The notes beneath the pieces were generated by a model. It saw only the letters and a program-made list of their open reading frames with translations, did not search any database and was not told where the DNA came from. The position numbers were made by a program, and so were the translations under genes. From Saccostrea cucullata (taxonomy: Eukaryota), in NCBI RefSeq assembly GCF_032062105.1, contig NW_026931523.1, forward strand, positions 186,001 to 250,000: a DNA stretch of 64,000 nt, given 5' to 3'. Positions 1 to 24,165 of this stretch are shown here, one piece after another; position 1 is the first letter of the stretch, and every line of letters starts with the position of its first letter.

Positions 1-76
1 TGGTCTCAGAATTCAACGGTGAAAAATGACCCCCGGGTCAATATTCAACCCGGGTCAAAATTCAACGTTACACCGG
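1..76. repeat. Probable terminus of a non-autonomous DNA element with short internal repeats
   Basis: Repeated units (ATTCAAC, CCCGGGTCAA) end in GTTACACCGG; the element is cut by the window edge, so the other terminus is not visible. Confidence 0.4.
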
Positions 77-339
77 CGGTGGATCTGTCTTTGTATTGTA
101 GCAACAATTAGGTAATGGTATTTTAGAAAGGTACGTACACACAAAAGATACGGTGTTAAAAACTGCTTATAATGTAAAAGACCGCCTTGATCATAACATC
201 ATTTATTTTCAATTACATAAAAAATATTTAAACACACTAACAAGCTTTACATTTTATTTCACTTTTTACTGCATACTGCTGAAGATAAAATTTGCTTGCT
301 TATCTGAACGCGGTAAGCTTTTTACGTCAAATCCTATTG

Positions 340-430
340 TGACGTCAGCAAACCCGCGATCTACCTTAATCGCCTTTTACGACAAGCAAGGGGGTACTGA
401 AGACCTATTCCAACCTGGATCCCCACGGGG
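340..430 (-). repeat. 5' head of a mollusc interspersed repeat (SINE-like, GTCGTAAxAGGCGAxTAA motif)
   Basis: Minus strand reads CCCCGTGGGGATCCAGGTTGGAATAGGTCTTCAGTACCCCCCTTGCTTGTCGTAAAAGGCGATTAA, a GC-rich motif I recognise as a common mollusc repeat. Family assignment is from memory only. Confidence 0.5.
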
Positions 431-1479
431 CTTAAAGATATGTGATGAAAGATATGTGAGCTAGTGTTGTAGCTTATACATGTAAAACACACTTATATTT
501 ATGAACCACTGATTCTAATAGACTTTATCACTGCGCTTTAACCAATATGTTGTTCACTGTTATTTCAATATTGAGGTAAAAAGTACAATTAAGATACTGG
601 TGGAATCAATCAGCATACAGTATAAAATATTTTGTAGCAACCGCTTCCACATCTACTCTTAATATATCGTGTAAGTTCAAAAAAAAAAAGTGAGAATCTT
701 ATATGTCCATTTGGTTGTTTTCTCTTCCATAGTACACATGGTATAGTTGTTCCATTGTTTGTGAAAAGGTTGATATGAAACTTGTTTAACACACCTAAGC
801 CTGCCAGAAAAGACCAAAAAGGTTTTTAAAAGATTTTTTTTAACATCAATTGAAAAAAAAAGAATTCTGCAGTCAATAGGACCTAAGTTATTAAAGGTAA
901 AAAAATAATAATAAACTTGCATGCGATATGTATTTTCATATGACGTTTTATTTCCCGGAATGCCCTACCTAGGCTACCGTCATTGTCACAAATCAGGACC
1001 AAAATGTACGATCCCCTCCCATTCTGACCACGGGTAGGAGATAGCTATAAGGAGATCCCAAATCGTGGCTTGAGACGATGGGCTACCTTGAATTATGAAT
1101 TAGGTCATTAGGGCATGCATGTTCCAGTTAAGACAAGCAGTTCTGCTTGGCTAAGACAGTGCAAGTAAAAATAAAATATTTTGATGCAATCATGCACACA
1201 ATTTAGAAAGCTAAACTTTCAAAGATGTAAAGTATTTCTTTTTACCACAGTTACATTGACTGACCAACACACATTTTTTCAAAAGGATCTTTGCAGCTTT
1301 ATTATACTTGATACAGCTTTTTCAAAAAAGCCACTACCAGTCTACTACCAGTCTACCAATGACAAGCAGTGTTTGCCTGCTGCTAAGATAACACCTCAAC
1401 ATTTTCATGCTATCATATAAAGTAAAAAAAAACCATAGAGTTTTCTCCCTTTATTTACAGCACAGAGTACACAAGCCAT

Positions 1480-7606
<6,127 letters not shown>

Positions 7607-7745
7607 TTTCGACAATTTAAAAAGGAAGTACTGGAAACGCATGCGCTGAAGTTTCTAATCTCCTAAACGCTTTATAATAAGGTGAATTTGGTTCTTCTTG
7701 GCAAACGTCAGGTCAACGTAGAATTTAAAGTGAAAGTAAGAGGTG
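7607..7745. promoter_or_regulatory. Bidirectional promoter RPL36A/ACAT2 with a 5'TOP/TCT-type start
   Basis: Start codons at 7606 (-) and 7746 (+). Minus-strand pyrimidine tract CTTCCTTTTT at 7619-7628 (TOP-like); NRF1-like CGCATGCG at 7638-7645; ACGTCA and AGGTCA half-sites near 7705-7715. Confidence 0.8.
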
Positions 7746-14202
<6,457 letters not shown>

Positions 14203-14894
14203 TCTAAAACAAAGAACATTTGTTATACCTATAAGCTGTATGTCAAACATACATGTATCATGCATATCAAATAGTCCTGTATGTTGTTAATATGTTTTGT
14301 CGTGATAGTTTATCAGTATTAGAGAATTTTATGTCTGTTTACTTAGTTCATCCTTTTTGTACACATTCCTTGATCTTAATTTTGTGTGAGACATAAAACT
14401 TTTACCAGGTTCCCTGAGTCACTCAGGTGACCCATTGCTATCCATTTTCATCAGTGAACATGTGATGTGCACTCTGAGTGGTTCATAAACTCTTTGATAT
14501 TTACAATGTACTTATTCACAATTTATAATGTAATACAAAAATACATGCAATGTCACATTAAAAACATTCATCAAATGGTAAAACTCTCATCAAATAGGTT
14601 CAAGATTTAGACATAGCTGGGGTTTAGTTCATCATATAAAGGCTTATTAATTTGACTCTTGATAAATATTTTATTTAAAATTATCTACACAGTGATAAGT
14701 GTTTCTGACTTTTATATATGATTTTCAAATAAATAAACTGTGTGGTACATTCCTGGTAATTTCCTGTCAAACTGTTGATAAAACCCAATTGACAATAAAC
14801 AAAAGCAATATTTTTACTTCAGAACTTTTTTTTTATTTCTGCCTGGAAACAAAAATTCTGCTGAAGGTCCATAGCTTGCTTTTCTTTCAGTTAG

Positions 14895-15595
14895 TTAATG
14901 TATTTTCCACCCCGAGAAGGAGGAGTATGTACCTAAAGCATAAAAACTTGAAACGCCAGATGTTACCCAGACCTGGTTGTTCTTGTTTAGCCATATTGTA
15001 ATGGTAGAACCACACTGCTGATAGGTTCTCTGGCAGTGAGTTTGATGATAGATTGATCCATCTTTCATCAGTCTTGAGTTCCCATTATAACTGCTATGAA
15101 CAGAAATACTCCAAGAGAAGACATACAAGCCAGCAGATGGGGCCGTAAAACGATAGTTACTGGTGCTGAAAGCGTTCCCATGGTTGATTTTGACTGTATT
15201 AAACCGAATCACAGCTCCAGAGCTGGAAGATTGGGAACTGGATGGCACTGCAGTGAATGCTATGTCATTTCTGTGTGAACCTGTTTTAAATGGATCAAGA
15301 TTATATAATATCTTCCACTACTGGTTACAAAATATGTTTTAAATTCCATTTTAAATTTCGATATTTTGGCATTTTAAGAAAAATATATACAAGTATAATA
15401 ATTAAATTAATTAAACACAGAGAGGAACATGTGTTTACATTTACCTATATCACCCACTTTTGAGGCTAAATCAAGACCATGTTGAAGAGTTTCTGCTTGT
15501 TTCATTAGATTTGCAAGCAAACTTTTTCCGGCAACCATGCTGCTTATTGAGCATAGTGTCAGGAAAAAGGATAGCATCTTAAAATCTTGCTTCAT
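14895..15595 (-). CDS. Secreted globular-head C1q-domain protein (C1qDC-1), ~178 aa
   Basis: Coding exons 15445-15595 (signal peptide plus short helix) and 14895-15280, joined by a phase-1 GT-AG intron. gC1q motifs IAFTA, IRFNTVKINHGNAF, FTAPSAGLYVFSW, QVWV, YSSFSGW. Likely 5'UTR exon with donor at 15826 and minus-strand TATAAA near 15884-15889. Confidence 0.92.
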
Positions 15596-16470
15596 TTTAC
15601 ACCCTGCAACCAACAAATAATATTAATAAAAGTCTACCTAAATCTTAACATTTCTATGATCATTAAAATCATTTCTTTGAAAAGATGACATATTCCATTT
15701 TTTATTAATTTACTTGCGTGAAAACTGAAATTGAATTTTCATTGATCTAAAAATTAAAATAATTGTTTTTGTAACCAATTTTAAACTTTACAAAATGTTC
15801 AAAAACCAACTTGAAAAGAAACATACCCCACTGAATTAAAATGTTTCCCTCTCCTGTGGCCAAGAAATGTATTTTTGAAATCATTTATATATATTTTGTT
15901 ATAATTGTCTGCAAATACTGCAGTTACTGAAGTGCTTGCGTAACTAATGTAGAAATGCACTACAAGACATCTGCTGCTTATGCTAAGAGGTTTTGAATTG
16001 TTTCGAGGAACACCATATAATGTCCAAACGTCATCAGTTTATACTTTCCCATACCAAATACATAAAAATAAAATAGCTTAGTATTGGTGGGTAGTTTACC
16101 TATAAATTGTGCATGAAACATCTTGTATTCCTCCTTTAGCTGCAGTGCTTGATTTATGCTCTCTCAAAGTACTGCTCAATTGTTAAAAATTTTATCGAAT
16201 GAAATATTTTGTTATATATATAGTCTCTTAATACCTATTTTTTGCGTTTGTTAAGCCTTCCAAGGTCTTTTAATTATTTGGTATGTATTTTTACAATCAA
16301 ATGTGAATTTGATATTTACATGTAATTTAATTTTATGTAGTTTTTTTTTTCGATACATGAAGGCAAACTAAATTTTATCGCAATTATCATATGCCACAAA
16401 TAGCAGCATATTGAAAATTAATCAATTTGCAATTTCCAGTTTAGGAATCAAATCAAGGACATTAGCTAAA

Positions 16471-18140
16471 ATGAGGTACGTTTTCCTGTTTTTATGGATC
16501 TGCATTTTGGTCTTTGCCAAAAAGGCGGAAGGGAGAAGTTTGATGGCCCACTTAATGCGACAAGCCGGGAATTTGAAACATGGTTTAGACCTTGCGGCGA
16601 GAGTTGGCGATATCGGTACTTTGGTGTCGTTTATCAATTTTAATTGTATTAACGATTTAAAAACAGGCAAATGTTGTGTTTTGTACATAAATGCTTCTTC
16701 CGCTAGAGAATGTTTCCCATGCACTCTTCTCATCAATTAAAATGTATGTGTCAATCAAATAAACACTAACTTTCTACCACTTAATGAAACTTTAGACCAC
16801 AGCTCAGTTAAGAAAGATCTGAAAAGAAATGTTTATTTAGTTTTAAAAGAACGAAGCCATTCATTAAATAAAAATTGTAGCGGCAACTTAGTTAATCTAA
16901 AATACATGTACCCGAATACAAAGAAAACGTCTAAATTGTTTAAGGAATTGCTGTCTTGTTTGTATAGTATGTCAGGGCATCAACAATAGTGGGAAACATG
17001 GGATAATTTGCATAACGGGCGAAGCCCGTTATGCATAAATTATCTCATGTTTCCCACTATTGTTGATGTCCCTGGCATACTATACTAACTAGACAGTGAT
17101 TCTTTATATTTCCTTTTTATTGTGAAATAAAATTGTAGATTTAAACTTTAAAAATGTAGACATAGATTTAAATAACACAAGGACTCCCATGCCAATTTCA
17201 ATAGTCCTCGCCCACTGACATCAAACACAAAGGCAGCTGCAAGAGATTTATTTTTATATACTCGCCTATAAGTCGGTCCGCCTATAAGTCGGTTGTGTTA
17301 AATAAGCTAAAATATCAGAGGGACTGACCTCATATAATGCCATTTATTTTATAGCTCGCCTATAAGTCGGACATAAAGTTTTGGACAGGAGATAAACTCC
17401 CAAAAATCCGACTTATAGGCGAGGATATACGGTACATGCACATTTGGCCTCCTTAGCGTCAGACACAGAGACAGATGCGCACGAGATTTGCATGCATATT
17501 AGGCCTACTTAGCTCCTGACTTATCGACCTTCCTAATTTACATTCCGGTAGAATTATCAAGAAATCAACCCCAATAACTTTCAAAGAGTTATCACTGAGA
17601 AAAAAAATAGAAATGGAAATATATTTAGAATACAATTCTAAATATTATATTGTATTTAGAATACAATTCCTCCCCCAGTGTGATATTATATGTACATTGA
17701 TCAAACTGTATATTAATTCAATTTCTTTCCATATGATGTCTTTAAGTTCGCACAAAAATGATGTTGCATTCACTGCAGTCACTTCGAGTGCTACAAACTA
17801 CGGAAGTGGACGTACCATAGCTTTCAACAGAATGCTTTTAAACCATGGAAACGCTTATAGTACCAGTAACTATCGTTTCACAGCACCCTCAGAGGGTTTG
17901 TACGTATTTTCCTGGTCACTTGCCCTTTTAAAGGGAAGCAGCTATAATGGCAACGTAAACTTGATAAGAAATGGAAGTGTTTACCACAGTACCACTTGTT
18001 CAAGTACATACCAGCAATGTGGGAGTACCGTTACCATGTGGCTGGGAAAAAACAACCAGGTCTGGATCCAGACAAGAAACAGCAACGTGTACGTCTACGG
18101 TACCTACTCCTCTTTTTCTGGTTGGAAAACCCACTGGTGA
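16471..18140 (+). CDS. Secreted globular-head C1q-domain protein (C1qDC-2), paralog of C1qDC-1; last-exon acceptor appears mutated (possible null allele or pseudogene)
   Basis: Exon 16471-16615 encodes MRYVFLFLWICILVFAKKAEGRSLMAHLMRQAGNLKHGLDLAARVGDI. The gC1q exon starts at the homologous position 17746 (GT TCG CAC AAA) and runs to 18140, but is preceded by AA rather than AG. Confidence 0.85.
16941..17106. mobile_element. Near-perfect palindromic (hairpin) element, TA-bounded
   Basis: ~80-bp arms (GTATAGTATGTCAGGGCATCAACAATAGTGGGAAACATG... / ...CATGTTTCCCACTATTGTTGATGTCCCTGGCATACTATAC) surround a GCGAAGC loop at 17019-17025. Confidence 0.8.
17257..17432. mobile_element. Tc1/mariner-superfamily (Tc2/pogo-like) MITE
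   Basis: Internal repeats CGCCTATAAGTCGG; inverted right end CCGACTTATAGGCGAGGATATACGG followed by TA; the left terminus lacks the outer CCG. Confidence 0.7.
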
Positions 18141-18812
18141 AATGTAATACCAAACAGAATGAATACAATAAAATCATTCATGAGTTTCGTTTTTGTTTTA
18201 ATATGTTTAATTCTAAAAATCAGTGACGGAAATTATTGTACTGTTAAATTAGTTTGCACTGATACATTAGTTTTTCAATGTAACACTACAATTCCTTGAA
18301 ACATATTATAATAATGATATACTTTTAATAATGTAACATTAGATAAATGTATAATTTTAAATTTACTAGCACATAGTAAATACATTGTAGTAATTCGGTA
18401 TTTGAGAATTTGTCAGTTGCAATCTATACCGTTTTAATCAATAAGCTAAACATGACTATTCTTTTTTTCTTCCAACTAACCAATGGATCTATCTTTATTG
18501 AACATGTAGGATTCTCTCTAATAAATAAGAGACTTGCTTATCTTAATAGCTTTATGTATTTTCCAATTCAGCTTTGTCTTCCTTGTCTTAAGTGTTATAA
18601 CGAAACGCTTAAAAACATTTCTTTCCAAGTGATACTTTGTATCTGTTAATCAACAATATATAAAAAAAACTGTAAAAGATCTCACTTTATACCTCAATTA
18701 TTTTTGGAGCTATAGTAAAAATAATTTTTTGGACATCTTGACCTTTGGCAAAACCTCAACAACAAAACCTTACGATATCCTTTTTCCATAACATGACAAT
18801 GATTACATGTAT

Positions 18813-18925
18813 ACGGAGGGTGGGACAGGTTAACAGAGTGTGCGAACTCCTCAATGGCACCCGACCCCAGCTCTTATGTTTAGTAGAGGTCAATGTTTGC
18901 TCTGCTCCTGATTTGTATTGTTTCA
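18813..18925 (+). mobile_element. Decayed 3' tail of a Penelope-like retroelement
   Basis: ACTCCTCAATGGCACCCGACCCCAGCTCT...GAGGTCAATGTTTGCTCTGCTCCTGATTTGTATTG resembles the reverse complement of 27300-27400. Confidence 0.55.
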
Positions 18926-19109
18926 GTAGATTTTTGGTAACTCTTCGTTTTCTCCAAACATGCGTTTCATTTTAAAAAAGTTGCAAAGTGCAGTCGGTAT
19001 GTAAACTCATGTGGACATGTTTTTTTTCTTTCTGTACATACCCGTGTACTCAAGCAAGGTACACTACCCGAGTTAAACATAGCTATTCATGAACATTGCA
19101 ATTCTTCAG

Positions 19110-19600
19110 ATCATATTTTAAAGAAAAATGCTCCCTTTATTTCTGTTTAAAATGTTCGTCCATTTGGGCAATTCCACTCATTTGTTGGCCATTATTTGAA
19201 TCTATTTGAACCTACAATGTACACTTGCTGAGGATGCTAATCAGTTCTTAAAATATGACAAATCATGGATTTGCTGTTCTTGAAAAGAAGATTTTCTCTG
19301 TAACCTATATCCCTAAGAACAGCGTCGATGTCCCAGTTTTAACCCATCCCTGTGGAAAGAGGTCATGATTTCAACAATCTTGATTTTACACTAGCAAAGG
19401 ATCATTTGATTTTTACTATGTATAATTAATTAAGCATGGCTTAAAATTACTTTTCCTGAAAACATTTTAAAAAGAAAATGTTCCTGAAGTAAAAAATTCC
19501 TATGTAAAACTTTGATAGCTCTATCAGTTGGGGTCATGATTTGATCAATTTGAATCTACATTACATGAGGACGCTTTCATGTACACGCACATACAAGATA
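19110..19600. repeat. Degenerate oyster-type satellite or Helentron-associated tandem monomers
   Basis: Recurring GGTCATGATTT...AATTTGAATCTACA...GAGGA(T/C)GCT units, with about 2-3 degenerate copies at roughly 170-190-bp spacing. Family recognised from memory. Confidence 0.55.
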
Positions 19601-19727
19601 CTGCCTTCTTATTTAAAAAAAACACATAAGCCACTGTCAGATTTCAATACTAGTAATCATGGTCATATTGAATAGTTGAAATATTTGTGTCTCATATTCC
19701 TCCCCTGCATTTGATATAATTGACTTT

Positions 19728-21274
19728 CTATGAATTAACATATCCAGATTCTCTGCCTTCAGGACTACGTCTCTTATCATTGAAATCTTCAATACTAGTA
19801 TTTTCGTTTTTGTTTATATATCCCGATTCGTCATCATCCACAATCTTCACATAAATGTGTTTCGGGGAATGTTCTGGAGCCAAGTCGGTGCCATCTTCTG
19901 GAACCTCCATGTTTGATTGTGGAATCGTTTCCTGTATCATTTCTATGGATTCATCAAAATCTTCGTTATCTGTGATCATGTTCTCGCTCACAGGATCATT
20001 TCGTGTTTCAAATTCCTCGTACGAAGTACCACCATCGAACACTGGAGACAAATATGTCGGATCTGATTTTAATCGTCCTCTTTGCTCCTGATTTAGCATT
20101 AAATCTTGTTCTCCAAGTTCAAAATTTAGAGTCTTATACTGAACAAACTGGTCAATTATATTGCTTTCGAGACCATTTCTGATGTCTGCTCTTTTAGTAC
20201 ACTTTTGATACACATATGTGACGACGCATAATCCAAAAAATAAGACAAACAGTCCAATTAAAATGATCCCAATGTAAACGACAAGCTCAGTATTTACTGA
20301 AAAATTGTCTGGATTGTAAGTGGAAGACGTAATGGTTACGCTCGGTTCAGTAGTCGTTGAACGACCCTCTGTAATATTTTTAATAATCCATGCTTTTGAA
20401 CTCGTGTCCCATCCGTCTGATGAAGGGATTGCTTCTGCATAATATAATTTGAAAGATACAGTAAATAAATTTACTATAAATATTTCACTAAATATTCCTT
20501 AAATGAATTTCTAGATTGCAAACTTCTCCAACCCTACCTAAACAGATTAGAAGTTACACAATTTGACAAATCAATGCATGTCTTATATTAGTTTGTTTTT
20601 AAACTGTGTAAAACATGAATAGTAATAAGTATTATAACTGATGCTTAATGGTTTAAATTTTAGTTATGAATCAGTTCAGTATAACTTAAATGAATATGTA
20701 CACTTGTAACTTGACCATCTTATTTTCAATGACATTTTTAGATAAAATTATGTACTAAGAATTGTACTTACTTGTGGATGCAATGCATCCATAACCATGA
20801 TGGCAAAGATGTTCTTCACAATTGCAGTCTTTTTGGCAATCCTTTCCATAGCTCGGATAAGCACATATTGTAGAGCAATTAAATCCTAGATATCCTATCG
20901 GGCAAGCTGAAAGTAGAGATTGTACATGCATGATACATTGTATATCATAGTCATAATTTGAGTTATATAACTGAAAAATTGAAAATAACTCATACAAAAA
21001 CTGAAAAATTTAAGTGTTTAGAAATTCAAAAATAAGGTTCACCTTCGCAAACCTTTGTAATTGTATTCCTCCAAAATCCTGCACAGCAAACAGGACCATG
21101 TACCCTTTGAAAACAATTAGAACATTAACTTCTCAAAAATTAAGAAAAATAAAATAAAAATTGCATGAAGATTTGACGAAAAATATACCCTCGACATAAT
21201 TGTCCATTAACAAATTCGATGTGAGACAAGCTGATCACAATGACAGAAATATAAATCATCATTTCATCAGTCAT
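19728..21274 (-). CDS. Single-pass receptor E1: signal peptide, mini-EMI-like and EGF-like (MEGF10/SREC-type) ectodomain, TM, tyrosine-motif tail; ~329 aa
   Basis: Exons (minus) 21189-21274, 21043-21104, 20772-20906, 19728-20434; GT-AG, phases 2/1/1. Ectodomain QLCRGVHGPVCCAGFW..CEACPIGYLGFNCSTICAYPSYGKDCQKDCNCEEHLCHHGYGC; TM LVVYIGIILIGLFVLFFGLCVVTYVY; tail VQYKTL, DPTYLSPV, HIYVKI, SGYIN, SGYVN. Confidence 0.88.
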
Positions 21275-22218
21275 TTTTAAAATTATCCATTTTGAATGAG
21301 GAAGTTATGTTCGATAGATCTGCCTTATCTCCTATTTATTTAATTCTTCCTTTTCATCTAAACTATTACAATTAATACACTGAATGCGTAGTGCTCATTT
21401 CAATTTATAATTTTTTACACAGTTGAAATGAAATACATGTATGCTATCCTTTTTCAAATGTTATGAGGTTAATATTAAAGGAAGTATGGCTTCAACGGAA
21501 ATATTTACCATGGTAGTAATTAAAAAATAGGAAAACATAATTATGAAAAATTAAAATATACCAAGGTATATTTCTTTTTTTTTTTTGAATTAAAGTTATA
21601 AGAACAAAGAAGGACTGATTAGAAAATTCTATGCATTTTATTTCTATGGAAGGCTTATTATATATTTATTGACTTTCTACATTTAGCCTTTATCTTAACA
21701 TCTAAAACTGTAAACAGGGGAAATATTCAATAAATCTATTTACATGTATTATCTTTTTATTATTTCAATATCCGAAATAAATAATATTTTCTCATAGATG
21801 TATTCATTATTTTCCGTCGAAAAAAAGTTACTGTGAAAACAAATTAACCATCTAAACATCTATTGTTATTTGCAAGTGGGAATAGGTGATATTGAAATTT
21901 TTAAAGAGTGGGAATAGGTAGAAGACACCGGGAAATTACATTATTTTCATTCGATGTAATGTAAAAATATATTTTTGGTATTAATATTTTGAGAGAAGTT
22001 AATTGTTGCAGCTCATAAAATTGGAAATTTTATTGTATTTATGCAAATGTATCATTTTTTATATAAATGACAATTTTAATAAAAACAAAATTTACTATCA
22101 CCCGACGTTCTTCTACGCATTCTTGAGATGTTCTAACAAAAATTTGCTCTCGGTTGATTAAAAAAAATTCGATTTCACGTTACGTACACGTGTAAGTTGT
22201 GGATGTGATATCGGCATT

Positions 22219-22325
22219 GATTGATTGATTGTTTGACGTCCCAGTCGAGAATTTTTCACTCATGGAGATGCCACCAATTGCCAGTGGAGAGCTGCAACAT
22301 CATAAGCTATGCTCGGCACTCGGGG
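22219..22325 (-). mobile_element. tRNA-derived SINE, 3' fragment
   Basis: GATTGATTGATTG tail followed by ACGTCCCAGTCGAGAATTTTTCACTCATGGAGA; homologous to the SINE at 45918-46218. Confidence 0.7.
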
Positions 22326-22627
22326 AGCTCCTCTCAAAATGACAATTGTTATTATATTCCAAATATAATTTGGCAGATTTGTACATTTCAGTTTCAACGA
22401 AATCACGATGAACAGTCTTTTAAATATTTTTTCGTCTCATCTGATATAATTTGAGATTACATTGTACGCTGATTACAATTATCCTAAATACTTCCAAAAT
22501 TCAAAAACTGATTTTAAAATAATTCTTTTTTTCAGAATTGTCACTCATATGCAAACCTCACCACTTATATTTTACATAGTCATTATAACATACACTCTTT
22601 TAAAGTCGGCGTCTACACAGATTTATT

Positions 22628-22937
22628 CCATGTTTACCCCTTTATCCCGTGGGTATGACCCAATGGATAAATTTTTCATATCCCACACTTAAGTGCAGTT
22701 ATGACGTCATAATGGTTTTTGCGTTAGCGTGATGAAGTAAAATAAAGTGGAGTACTATATAAAACACTGTATAACATGTGAAGCATTAAACATGGGATAA
22801 AAAGAATCTCCCGTGATTTGTAGTTGGATATGATTTTTATACAACTCGTGTGTTTTTATCCCCTCGCCAAGATTCAGGGATAAAAATCACACAACTCGTT
22901 GGATAAATATCATATCCAACTACAAATCACGGGAGAT
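22628..22937. mobile_element. Hairpin-rich non-autonomous element between E1 and R1
   Basis: Perfect arm ATCTCCCGTGATTTGTAGTTGGATATGAT (from 22806) pairs with ATCATATCCAACTACAAATCACGGGAGAT (to 22937); CCATGTTTA/TAAACATGG are inverted upstream; palindrome TTATGACGTCATAA at 22699-22712. Confidence 0.65.
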
Positions 22938-23372
22938 CCTATATATATCTCGTATCTGGGTATTTTTAAATTGATTGTACTTTCCAGTTCACGAAGACGG
23001 GTTAATTAACAGAAAGCAGGTCAGGTGTTATTTTTTTCTTATCTCAATCTAATTCAGAAAACAACTTTATAAAAATATATTTAAATAAATATTTTTACAA
23101 AATGGCCTCTTGTTATTTTCAGAGTTTATAATATGTTTTTTTATCTATCTATCGAAGGTCTTTGCGTCTGCGCAATGAAGGTACCTGAAATGTCCTCTGC
23201 CAGGTAAATGGTAGGTAAAGTTTCAATAACATGTTATTTCTAGAGACACTTAAGAGGGCTTTTCACGAAGATTGCGTTTATATAAATCAACATAGGCAAT
23301 TTGAGAAAACTACATGCTTCAAGCAGAAATTGTGAAATATTTCTTGGTATATTCTGATAATAAATTAAAATT

Positions 23373-23386
23373 TCTACTTTCGTTTT
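23373..23386. promoter_or_regulatory. Conserved IRF-element-like 14-mer upstream of R1
   Basis: TCTACTTTCGTTTT (reverse complement AAAACGAAAGTAGA), identical upstream of R2 and R3. Confidence 0.6.
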
Positions 23387-24165
23387 AGAAATCGCAAAAG
23401 AAATGTTTTACATACATACTATATTTTATACACTGTTTATCAAAAAAAAAAAAAAAATCATTGGAAGTTCAGTCAGCGAAACGCAATATTCATCAGTGAT
23501 ATACAGATTTATTATACAACCAATAGAATAAATAATTTACAACCTTGTATTTTATAATTCTAAAATTAATCATACCTAGAAAAGTTTAATCTCTAAAACT
23601 AATGTCAGGGGTCTATGTAGAATATGATCTTCAAAAATAAGAAAAAATACCTTTATTATTAATATAAATATATTACTCAAATGTAATCATAAACTGTAAA
23701 TAGAATAACATGAGTACTTGGGTACCATTTGATTGACAAACAATATAAATTCATATACATTAATTTGAAATGACCCTCTTATTGTTTCACTTATTGCATA
23801 TATATAACGATTAAACCACTCCAGACCTATAACCCAAAACAATAAAACAATATTGTATCATTGGGCCACACTAGTACTATATGAAGATGCAAATTAAGAT
23901 TACAGCATAAGAAATTTTCAACAGAAAGACAAGATATAAACAAGAAATTTACTGAATTAAATTCATTTATTTTTTTTTTATTTCAGTTATATATTGAGTA
24001 CGTTATGGTTAGATGTTAAAATTATTTCTTTTATTTCACAAACAAATATATTTAAAGGCTCTTTTGAGATTTTAATTTGTCGATTTTTTCATTATGGATC
24101 ACCGGTTTTAAACTCATTGAGCCTTATTAAATTTCTTACAAAGCAGCATAAAAAGTGAAAACACC

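Noticed and set aside
970-1085. TAG..CTA-bounded small element (Academ-like)
   Set aside because: The inverted ends are weak and there is no clean TSD.
23133-23203. Possible alternative first coding exon of R1
   Set aside because: It ends in phase 2, incompatible with the phase-0 exon 2, and is a poor signal peptide; it may be UTR.
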